A DNA stretch of 20,000 nucleotides from an uncultured virus (IMG/VR IMGVR_UViG_3300020294_000004) (Duplodnaviria > Heunggongvirae > Uroviricota > Caudoviricetes > Crassvirales), in IMG/VR virus record IMGVR_UViG_3300020294_000004; one strand, given 5' to 3'. The position numbers were made by a program, and so were the translations under genes. The notes below the pieces were generated by a model that saw only the letters and a list, made by a program, of their open reading frames with translations, did no database searches and was not told where the DNA came from. Positions 10,193-17,650 of the stretch are shown in pieces; the first letter of the stretch is position 1; each line of letters begins with the position of its first letter.

Positions 10193-10231
10193 GTAAAGGC
10201 AGGAGCACCATTAAGATGCTCCTTTCTTTAC
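10193..10231 (-). terminator. Stem-loop immediately downstream of the major capsid gene, putative terminator/attenuator
   Basis: Minus strand reads GTAAAG-AA-AGGAGCATC-TTAAT-GGTGCTCCT-GC-CTTTAC: a 9-bp inner stem plus a 6-bp outer stem, 7 nt after the MCP stop. The U-tract is weak. Confidence 0.6.
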
Positions 10232-10238
10232 TAAAAAA

Positions 10239-11687
10239 TTAAATACCTTTGAATAATACAAAGTTATTTGCAGCTTGAGTTACTAAACATCTTTCTGATA
10301 GGAAGTTTACTTCCATAGCATCAAGATTAGAAGTGTAAGCACCTCCAGCTGATCCAGTTAACCAAGACTTCATACGTCTGTCTTCTGTTTGAGAAGCTCT
10401 ATATCTAACGTGTAAGAATGGTCTTCTAATGTTTGTACCTAAAATTTGGTCATAAACAGTTGAAGTACCAGCAGGGATTAATACTCCTTCAATTGATTGA
10501 GTACCATCAATAGCACCTCTTGTAGAAGCGTCATTTAAGTATTTCCAATCAGTTTTGTAGAAGTCATATGAACCTCTTCTGAAACCACTAAATCCAAGAT
10601 TTAAAGCCATTTCTTCTGAGTTTTCAAATAATCCATAAGCAGTACCACCATTGCTACCGTAAGATACATTAGATAACATGTTATCAAAGTCTAAAGCTGT
10701 AGATCTTTGTAAGAATAACATATTTTCTTCAATAGCACCTTGAGTATCTAGGTTTTTAAGTATTGCATCAAAGTCATCTAAACCAGAAGCCGCAGAAAAT
10801 CCTACTTCTACGTTACCTCTTGTAGAGATAGCAGCGAAAAGACCTTCAGTACCTTTGAAACCAGCAGCAAATGCATCACCAGCTCCAACGTTAACAGCTT
10901 TTTCACCTTCAACACATACCATTTCTAAATAATCTTCAAATCTAAGTCTTGTTTCAGACTCAGCTTTTAAATACCATAAATAACCTGTAGTTCCATCTTC
11001 TGTAGCAACTTCAACCCAACCTATTTGAGCCATATCAGATCCGTTTATTGTGTAAACATTTCTAATTATGATAGGTGAATTGTTATATTGTTGAAAAGCA
11101 GGAGTTACAGTTATCTGTGGTTGAACAGCTGTATTTCCAGTTATGTTACCTGCAGCAGCGTTAGATGTAGCAGCGCCTTTAACAAATTCTGAACCATATA
11201 CAAATATTTTAAATTTAGCTGCATTAATGCTAGCTAAAGTTGTAGCAGTATAAGGAGATACGTGAACGTGACCGTTTGCAGTATCTGACTCAGTTACAAC
11301 ACCTTTAAGCTCTGCACCTTGATCATCTAATAAAACTACTGTTGAACCGGGTGAAATAACATTTCTTGTTACACCTGGAGAAGTAGGAAGTGGAACAGTT
11401 ACTCTTCTTGTTCCGTTGTGAGTACAGTTATCATATGCAATATGTAATCTGTTTTGTTCTGACCAAACAACTTGATCTGAAGTCATAGGCATTTCAGCAC
11501 CTACCATACGTAAAAAACCAGAAAGAGTTCTGTTTCCATATCTTTCTACTTCTTGTTCGTATATTTCAGGTAGATATTGCTGAGCAAAATCATTATTACC
11601 ATCTGTAAAAGATAGGTAATTACTGGCTAATAGCTGCTGATTAGGAGCAGGAACTATTGAGCCAAATTGTGGAGTTAAAATTCCCAT
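10239..11687 (-). CDS. Major capsid protein (HK97 fold, crAss-like)
   Basis: 482 aa, after portal and scaffold, followed by a hairpin. N-terminal QQYLPEIYEQEVERYGNRTLSGFLRMVGAEMPMTSDQVVWSEQNRLH and C-terminal MEVNFLSERCLVTQAANNF resemble MCPs of this phage group. Confidence 0.85.
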   Translation of the reverse strand: MGILTPQFGSIVPAPNQQLLASNYLSFTDGNNDFAQQYLPEIYEQEVERYGNRTLSGFLRMVGAEMPMTSDQVVWSEQNRLHIAYDNCTHNGTRRVTVPLPTSPGVTRNVISPGSTVVLLDDQGAELKGVVTESDTANGHVHVSPYTATTLASINAAKFKIFVYGSEFVKGAATSNAAAGNITGNTAVQPQITVTPAFQQYNNSPIIIRNVYTINGSDMAQIGWVEVATEDGTTGYLWYLKAESETRLRFEDYLEMVCVEGEKAVNVGAGDAFAAGFKGTEGLFAAISTRGNVEVGFSAASGLDDFDAILKNLDTQGAIEENMLFLQRSTALDFDNMLSNVSYGSNGGTAYGLFENSEEMALNLGFSGFRRGSYDFYKTDWKYLNDASTRGAIDGTQSIEGVLIPAGTSTVYDQILGTNIRRPFLHVRYRASQTEDRRMKSWLTGSAGGAYTSNLDAMEVNFLSERCLVTQAANNFVLFKGI

Positions 11688-11704
11688 AATTTATTTATTT
11701 ATTT

Positions 11705-12985
11705 TTAATTAAACGTTTTTCTTTTTATTTTTAACTTTGAAGAATCAACACCACTAATTGCTTTTACTTTTAAACCATTTACAAATAATTCACCTGAAGC
11801 TGTTTTACGAGGTTCAGTTGTTATATTTTTAGATTTAGCCATCTGTTCTTTTAATGCATCAGTTTTACCTTGTTCATAAAAGTGATTAGCAATAGTATCA
11901 GCATTTCGTGCAGCAAATAAAGCTTTGTGGTATCCTTTAGCGTCAGTTACATCTCCTTTTTCATTTAAGAACGTCTTAATAAAGTTTGATATATTACTTT
12001 GACTTTGGGCCACTGATGAAGGGTCTTTAATACCATATCTGAATTTTTTTTCTCCTAATTTAAAATCAAAACCTTTGAATTCTTCGTTGAGAAGGTTTTT
12101 TGTTTCAGATACAAACCTTTCATGACTAGCTTCACGTGCTTTTTGTTCTTCATTATAGCGATTAAAAAAGTCATTAGCTTTTTGTTGGTCCTGTGTTATG
12201 CCGGGTCTCAACTTGATTTCGTCATAATACTTTGTTTTTAGGTCCTCTAAATAGTTTTTGGCTTTTGCTATCTCTTCTTTATAAGCAAGTTTTTTCTTTT
12301 TTATATCTCGCTCATCATCCACCTCAGTATCAAATCTAAAAGAATCTTCAATTATAAAGTTTCTTTCTTCAGCGTCTAAATGAGGTTTAGCTTGTTTATA
12401 ATATTCATGAAGTAATACATCATTATTTACGTTTGTATAATCAGCATTTAAACGGGCATAATCTTGTACGTCACCACCCGTTTCTTCCATGAATTTTATT
12501 AATTTTTCTATGTTTTCAGGTAACTTTTGTGTTTCAGTTTCCTGTGATATTTTTTCTTGTTTCGATGTGGTAGCGGTAGTTTCATCGCTTCCTGCCACTC
12601 TTGTCTTGTCAGTATTATCTTCTTCATCTGTTATTAATTGTAAAGGTGAATCAGATTCTTCTTTTATTTCTTCAGATTCTTTTTTATCTGTAACATCTTG
12701 AATGGTGTCTTGTACTTGTTCGTCCACCTTAGCGCTATCTCCGGCTTGTTCGCCCACATCCACCTTCTTTGTTTCTCCGACTGGAATGGCATCTTCTTTT
12801 GGTTTTTTAGTTAAATCTACTTTTACTAAATCAGGTATTATTTTTTCTTCACCTAATTGTTTTGGCTTAGTTACTTTTTTTATTTTAAAACTACCTTCTT
12901 CTTTTGGAGGTGTTGTATTTGTAGCTTGTTCTTGTTTAGTTTCTTTTACAGGTTCTTCAACCATTACTTCTTCTTTTTGTGACAT
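11705..12985 (-). CDS. Putative capsid scaffolding/assembly protein (426 aa)
   Basis: Located between portal and MCP. Acidic low-complexity N-terminal third and helical C-terminal part. The start is moved from the ORF-track 13024 to ATG 12985 (MSQKEE), because the extra 13 codons are AT-rich leader overlapping the portal stop. Confidence 0.65.
   Translation of the reverse strand: MSQKEEVMVEEPVKETKQEQATNTTPPKEEGSFKIKKVTKPKQLGEEKIIPDLVKVDLTKKPKEDAIPVGETKKVDVGEQAGDSAKVDEQVQDTIQDVTDKKESEEIKEESDSPLQLITDEEDNTDKTRVAGSDETTATTSKQEKISQETETQKLPENIEKLIKFMEETGGDVQDYARLNADYTNVNNDVLLHEYYKQAKPHLDAEERNFIIEDSFRFDTEVDDERDIKKKKLAYKEEIAKAKNYLEDLKTKYYDEIKLRPGITQDQQKANDFFNRYNEEQKAREASHERFVSETKNLLNEEFKGFDFKLGEKKFRYGIKDPSSVAQSQSNISNFIKTFLNEKGDVTDAKGYHKALFAARNADTIANHFYEQGKTDALKEQMAKSKNITTEPRKTASGELFVNGLKVKAISGVDSSKLKIKRKTFN
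12508..12627 (-). CDS. Putative overprinted microprotein (39 aa, +1 frame in scaffold gene): MKKIILTRQEWQEAMKLPLPHRNKKKYHRKLKHKSYLKT
   Basis: Hand translation from ATG 12627 to TAG 12510-12508. GC is 25/50 at 12561-12610 versus 14/60 at 12631-12690. Contains an NKKKYxRKxKHK motif reminiscent of ArfA-like basic tails. Confidence 0.6.
   Translation of the reverse strand: MKKIILTRQEWQEAMKLPLPHRNKKKYHRKLKHKSYLKT
12664..12792 (-). CDS. Putative overprinted microprotein (42 aa, +1 frame in scaffold gene): MPFQSEKQRRWMWANKPEIALRWTNKYKTPFKMLQIKKNLKK
   Basis: Hand translation from ATG 12792 to TAA 12666-12664. GC jumps at the ATG: 39/70 at 12721-12790 versus 23/100 at 12801-12900. A-rich leader. Resembles the MPFxSExQRRxMxAxxPExAxRW small proteins I recall as free-standing phage ORFs. 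Confidence 0.7.
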   Translation of the reverse strand: MPFQSEKQRRWMWANKPEIALRWTNKYKTPFKMLQIKKNLKK

Positions 12986-13010
12986 AATATAATAATATAA
13001 AATTAATAAT

Positions 13011-15428
13011 CTATTGTGGAGCAAACTGCTCTAAACCAAATCCATCTAAATTATCATTACCAGCACTTTCAAAATTTACAGGTAATGTATCATTTTGTCT
13101 TTGATTTATTAATTCACTCTCTTGAGTTCCTTGCATTTGTACGCGTTTGTCTTTTCTATCTTCTATTTCTGTTTCTTTTTGACGTTTTGTTTGAGATCTC
13201 ATTTCTTCAAGCTGTATGTTATATCTAAATTCTTCAGCCATTAATTGTTTTTTAATTAATGCTTCTTGTTCCATACGTTGTATCTCAAATTGAGATTTTG
13301 CTTGTTCTATTTGAACTTCGGTATCAGCTAATGCTTGGTTTTTTTGTACTTCTGCCATTGCAGCTTTTTCAGCTGACTGTGCATTGGCAGCTGCTTGAGC
13401 TTGTATATTTTCTAATTGTTGTGCTCTGTCTTTTTCTTGCTTTTGTTTTTGCCTTAACTTAAGCATTTGATTAGCAAGTTTAATATTTTTTATTTCTCTT
13501 AAATCTATTGCATCTTCTAAACCTATATTTTTAGCTTGTAATGCAATTTGTATACTTTGTTCTAGTTGAGCTTTTTCTTCTTCATCAGGTTCAAGTTCTA
13601 AAAATATACCAAAATCATGTAAAGATAATTTTTCAACTTCTTCTAATGTTGCTGTATTAAAACCATTTATACTGTTTATTAAAGACTGTTTAGTTGTTGG
13701 AAACTGTAACATATCTGATACTCTTAAACTAATATTTTCACAAACTCTTACAGTTAAATACATTAATGCTTGTAACACATGTCTTGTAGCTGTATTAGAA
13801 TTAGCAGCTGCAAGCTTTTGTAAACCAACTAAAGCATTTTTATCAGGCGTGCTACCATCTCTTGCTTCATTAAGCCCGGTTACATCTCTTATCATTTGTA
13901 AATAATATTGATAAGTTTGTATCATTGACTGTATTTTAGACATGCCTGAAGACGTCTGTAATTCTTGCACCGGTACTTTACCTCTATTTAAATCACCATC
14001 TTGAGTTAAAGATCTTCCTACTACACTACCTGTTTGAAAATACATATTTAACGCTTCAGCAGGATTATAATTTGTACCATTACCTAAATCAACTTCGGCT
14101 AACCCATCAACATCTAAATAAACACCATCAGGTACTAACCTTGATATTACTTGTTGTAGTTTTAAATGAGTTAATTGAATCATATCTGCAAATCCAACTG
14201 TTTTACTTACAATAGATTCTATACGGCCTTGATACATTCTAGGTGAACTAATAACGTAATTCATATTAACTTTAGTCGTATCACCAAAAGGCCTTGTCAT
14301 GTTTTCACTTAATTCCCATTTTAAAAGATTATTACCAAGACCTAAAACTTTAGCTCCAGTATATAATACTTCTATTGATCTTGATATTCTATTAAAGTTA
14401 TCACTAGGTGGTGGATTAAATGTATCTGGTTTTTCTAATGTTTTTTCTAAACCTTGTTCTGTTTGTTTTATTTTAAAAACTTGATCTTGATAAGTTTTAT
14501 ATTCAAAATATAATATTTGTACTTGATCTTTAGTGTCTTGGCCCCACCAAGTGTTTTCTAGATATGTATTTCTACCAGGGTATTTTTGTATTTCTTCTAA
14601 TTCTGAATCTGTTAAATAAGGAAATTGTCTTTTAACTTCTGATAATGACATACTTTTAACCTCACCTACATAATATATATCTTCAAAATTTGGATCATCA
14701 GTATATGAATATACTAAATTAGCTGGATTTACATAATCTATAGTTATTCCTTCAGATAAATTAAAATCAGTTTTAACACAACCTATACCTAAAACAGTTA
14801 GATCGTATGCTAATTGTTTTTTTACTTGATCATATTTATTATAGTCTAAAATATTATTTATAACTTCTTCTTCTGCTATTTCAACACTTTGTTTAAAGTT
14901 TAATTGTAAATAAAGATCTAATTCTTCTGTAGTTCCTGGTAAATCATCTGGTGATGCTGAAGCAAATAAATTAGCATTAGGGCCTAATTGAGCTTGTAAT
15001 GCTTCAATCATTTCTTTATTTTCAATATCTCTTATAGCATTTTGAGCAAATGTAGTTTTATTTTTTATAGCAAATGGATCTTGAGCAAAAGATTTTATTT
15101 CATAACCTTTTTGTGTCATACCATTTACTACTATATCTACAAACTTAGATAATATTGGTACAGGCTTCCAATCTAAATTTAAATAAGATAAATCACCATT
15201 TATAGCTAATTCATCTTTATATTTTTGTACTGGTTGTTCTCCTCTAGCGTAAAGTCTTAGTCTATTAAAATTTTGAAAATTATTAATATATCTATTTTGA
15301 CCACTAGAGTTTTTAAACCACTCATATTCAATTGCTTGGGCTACTTGTAAACCATACTCTTTTGACTTTTTCTCTTCTTCAGGTACCACCTGATCTGGAA
15401 AAGCACTGTTATAGTTAATATTAACCAT
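13011..15428 (-). CDS. Portal protein
   Basis: 805 aa, coupled to terL by a TAATG overlap. LDWKPVPILSKFVDIVVNG, IRDVTGLNEARDGS and a long Q/E/K coiled-coil C-terminal barrel are typical of podoviral/crAss-like portals. Confidence 0.88.
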   Translation of the reverse strand: MVNINYNSAFPDQVVPEEEKKSKEYGLQVAQAIEYEWFKNSSGQNRYINNFQNFNRLRLYARGEQPVQKYKDELAINGDLSYLNLDWKPVPILSKFVDIVVNGMTQKGYEIKSFAQDPFAIKNKTTFAQNAIRDIENKEMIEALQAQLGPNANLFASASPDDLPGTTEELDLYLQLNFKQSVEIAEEEVINNILDYNKYDQVKKQLAYDLTVLGIGCVKTDFNLSEGITIDYVNPANLVYSYTDDPNFEDIYYVGEVKSMSLSEVKRQFPYLTDSELEEIQKYPGRNTYLENTWWGQDTKDQVQILYFEYKTYQDQVFKIKQTEQGLEKTLEKPDTFNPPPSDNFNRISRSIEVLYTGAKVLGLGNNLLKWELSENMTRPFGDTTKVNMNYVISSPRMYQGRIESIVSKTVGFADMIQLTHLKLQQVISRLVPDGVYLDVDGLAEVDLGNGTNYNPAEALNMYFQTGSVVGRSLTQDGDLNRGKVPVQELQTSSGMSKIQSMIQTYQYYLQMIRDVTGLNEARDGSTPDKNALVGLQKLAAANSNTATRHVLQALMYLTVRVCENISLRVSDMLQFPTTKQSLINSINGFNTATLEEVEKLSLHDFGIFLELEPDEEEKAQLEQSIQIALQAKNIGLEDAIDLREIKNIKLANQMLKLRQKQKQEKDRAQQLENIQAQAAANAQSAEKAAMAEVQKNQALADTEVQIEQAKSQFEIQRMEQEALIKKQLMAEEFRYNIQLEEMRSQTKRQKETEIEDRKDKRVQMQGTQESELINQRQNDTLPVNFESAGNDNLDGFGLEQFAPQ

Positions 15429-17650
15429 TAATTTAGTATTTTTGAAGTTACTCCTTTATTATTATACTTTTTAAAGTCTAAAGGTAAATTATTTATAGTT
15501 CTTTTTACTGTTGGTGTATATCTGTTTTTATTACAAGCCATAATAGCTAAGCCAGAACTTATGGAAGCATCGTGTTTAGTTCTATTATTTATATTAAACT
15601 TAGCCCAGTCTTCTAGTGTTCTTTGAAAATACATATCACCATATCTTTCATTATTAAATCCAATAAAATTTTCAATATAATCTTCTATCGCAGCTGCATG
15701 TGCTTGTTTTATATCTTCACTTGAATTAGGTATACCACCTATTTCTCTTTCTGTAACAGATAATTTATTATATACTTTATCAGGACGATTCATAGAATAA
15801 CCTCTATAACCTCTTCTTTTTAAATAATATAATAATCTAGGTTTATTATTTTCTGCAAGTAATGGCATACCATAAAAAACTAAAGCCATTAAAACATCTT
15901 CAAAAAATATTTCTGCTGTTTGAGGTCTTGCAATATATTCTAAAAAAAATAAATTAGGTGGTACATCTTCCATTGAAAACTTAGTTAAACCATGTAAAGA
16001 AGCTTTTGAACCTCTACCATCAACTGTTCCTGAAATATCATATGGATCACAACCAAAAGCACCAGTATGATCGTTACCTGGATATTTAACACCATTTTTT
16101 ATAATATACTTGTTTTGTAAATTATCATTAGGTACCCAAGAAACTAAAAATCTACCATTATTATTAGGAATAAATATAACTCTACTATCTTTAATCCCAT
16201 TTTCCCATTGAAAATTACCTTTTGTAATTACATTTGTATTTCTTAAATCTTCATTATAATCAATTTGTTCATAAATTTTAGTTAGATTAAATAAAGATTG
16301 TTTTGCTTCATCTCTAAAAGCGTGTTTTTCTGTTCTAGGAAATTGTCTATAAAATTCATTTAAACCGTCTTGATCATTTTTTAAACCTTCAACTTCGTTT
16401 TCCCAGTGTGAGATAACGCCAATTTCAATGTTGGATCCGTCAATACTTTTGACCGGTTTTTTTGGAGTTTCGAATACAGGAAACCCATAAGTATTAAGGT
16501 ATCCTTCGTAGTTCCATTCCATAGGTATGAACAAACTATATAATCCTGAATTAGTCTGTCCGTTGCGGTTTCTTTTTGTAACATCTGACGCATCATATAA
16601 TTTTTTAAAATTATTACCTCCTTTATCTAAAGCATTAGATGTAGATCCCATCATACACCTACCTATAATTCTACTACCTAATCTTAGCGTTGTCTTCGTG
16701 ACCCTCCAGTTGTTGAGGATGTTATCTGGCCTCTCCCACTTGCCCGATTCATCGTGTGCGAGGAGTTTGAGTTTCTCCCCGTCGTATGAGTTGTCACCGG
16801 TATTCTTCCAGTCGATCGTGGTATCGAGCCCAACGAGTTCCTCGGGACGTTCATTCTGATCGATCTTACGCCTTGTGAACTTCGACGCGGGTACACGATA
16901 TGCAAGTTCCGTTTTGGGACGATCCATACCGTCCTGTATCGGTTTAAAAAAGAATGGGTAATTAACGGATATTGGTACCACTTTGTCTGTAAACATTTTC
17001 TTCGCATCTGCTCCAGTCTTTGATAATATCCCGTACCGTGAATCACTAGATATTGTTGCCTGGTGTACGAGTTCTGATGAGGCCATAAAAGAAAATCCCG
17101 ATCTTCTATTCTTGAGATAGCACATTCCATAGGATCTGGTATCAAGTTTACAGGCTTCCCAAAATATGAAAAAGATTCTATTGGCTTCTCTGAATTCCGC
17201 GTTGCCAACATCAATTTTTGTCCACTGCAAGTACATATAATGAGACCCAGTAATATAGCTAGGAATACCTTTGTTATAGAAACAAAAGCCTTCTTCACGT
17301 CTTTTAAACTCTTCGTCAATATAATCATACCAAGTATTTTTAAAATCTAATGATGTTTGGTTCCAATCAAAAACTGTTTTAAGTTTTGATAATTGTTTTG
17401 GGTACTCAAATATTTCCCAATATTGATCTGTTTTATTTACAGATCTTTTATATACATTTTCACTTAAAGGTAAAGCTATTTTTAAACCCTGTATTTCATA
17501 TATTTCACCTATTTTACCTGTTTTACTTATAACAACTACATCGTGTTCTTTGTTATAACCTGGTTCCCATTTTTTATACCTATTATTATTTTTTATAATT
17601 TTAGGTTTTATATGATTAGGTAAAATTTTATATAAAGTGTTTGTATACAT
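15428..17650 (-). CDS. terL: Terminase large subunit
   Basis: 740 aa. Walker A variant LKNRRSGFS, Walker B LLAHDESGK, coupling motif GSTSN, nuclease motifs GAFGCDPYD and HDASISSG. Directly upstream of the portal. Confidence 0.93.
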   Translation of the reverse strand: MYTNTLYKILPNHIKPKIIKNNNRYKKWEPGYNKEHDVVVISKTGKIGEIYEIQGLKIALPLSENVYKRSVNKTDQYWEIFEYPKQLSKLKTVFDWNQTSLDFKNTWYDYIDEEFKRREEGFCFYNKGIPSYITGSHYMYLQWTKIDVGNAEFREANRIFFIFWEACKLDTRSYGMCYLKNRRSGFSFMASSELVHQATISSDSRYGILSKTGADAKKMFTDKVVPISVNYPFFFKPIQDGMDRPKTELAYRVPASKFTRRKIDQNERPEELVGLDTTIDWKNTGDNSYDGEKLKLLAHDESGKWERPDNILNNWRVTKTTLRLGSRIIGRCMMGSTSNALDKGGNNFKKLYDASDVTKRNRNGQTNSGLYSLFIPMEWNYEGYLNTYGFPVFETPKKPVKSIDGSNIEIGVISHWENEVEGLKNDQDGLNEFYRQFPRTEKHAFRDEAKQSLFNLTKIYEQIDYNEDLRNTNVITKGNFQWENGIKDSRVIFIPNNNGRFLVSWVPNDNLQNKYIIKNGVKYPGNDHTGAFGCDPYDISGTVDGRGSKASLHGLTKFSMEDVPPNLFFLEYIARPQTAEIFFEDVLMALVFYGMPLLAENNKPRLLYYLKRRGYRGYSMNRPDKVYNKLSVTEREIGGIPNSSEDIKQAHAAAIEDYIENFIGFNNERYGDMYFQRTLEDWAKFNINNRTKHDASISSGLAIMACNKNRYTPTVKRTINNLPLDFKKYNNKGVTSKILN
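16381..16596 (-). CDS. Possible second overprinted ORF in terL (+1 frame, 71 aa)
   Basis: ORF track. Same frame as 16684-17328. GC is 66/180 at 16381-16560 versus 25/120 at 16201-16320. No recognisable motif. Confidence 0.35.
   Translation of the reverse strand: MMRQMLQKETATDRLIQDYIVCSYLWNGTTKDTLILMGFLYSKLQKNRSKVLTDPTLKLALSHTGKTKLKV
16684..17328 (-). CDS. Putative overprinted lipoprotein/membrane-anchored protein (+1 frame within the terL ATPase domain, 214 aa; alternative GTG start at 17298)
   Basis: 214 stop-free codons in the +1 frame of an AT-rich gene. Basic N-region, hydrophobic VFLAILLGLII, then CTC-SG (Cys32/Cys34). R/S/T/G-rich tail. GC is 94/180 at 16741-16920 and collapses right after its stop. 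Confidence 0.6.
   Translation of the reverse strand: MIILTKSLKDVKKAFVSITKVFLAILLGLIICTCSGQKLMLATRNSEKPIESFSYFGKPVNLIPDPMECAISRIEDRDFLLWPHQNSYTRQQYLVIHGTGYYQRLEQMRRKCLQTKWYQYPLITHSFLNRYRTVWIVPKRNLHIVYPRRSSQGVRSIRMNVPRNSLGSIPRSTGRIPVTTHTTGRNSNSSHTMNRASGRGQITSSTTGGSRRQR

Noticed and set aside
12185..12250. Small GC-rich patch in the scaffold gene (YYDEIKLRPG region)
   Set aside because: The +1 frame has several stops here (only MTKSS*), so there is no nested ORF. The patch is unexplained but too short to call.
12489..12992. Plus-strand ORFs of 70 and 96 aa over the scaffold GC patches
   Set aside because: Ser/Phe/Val-rich antisense mirror of Glu/Lys-rich codons. The GC patches match the same-strand +1 ORFs better.
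16527..16859. 110-aa plus-strand ORF within terL
   Set aside because: Antisense, no motif, and its ends do not match the GC boundary at about 16684.
15428..17650. Intron or intein as the cause of the terL GC anomaly
   Set aside because: The frame is uninterrupted, the GC-rich part encodes the core ATPase motifs, and I saw no intein splice-junction or homing-endonuclease motifs.
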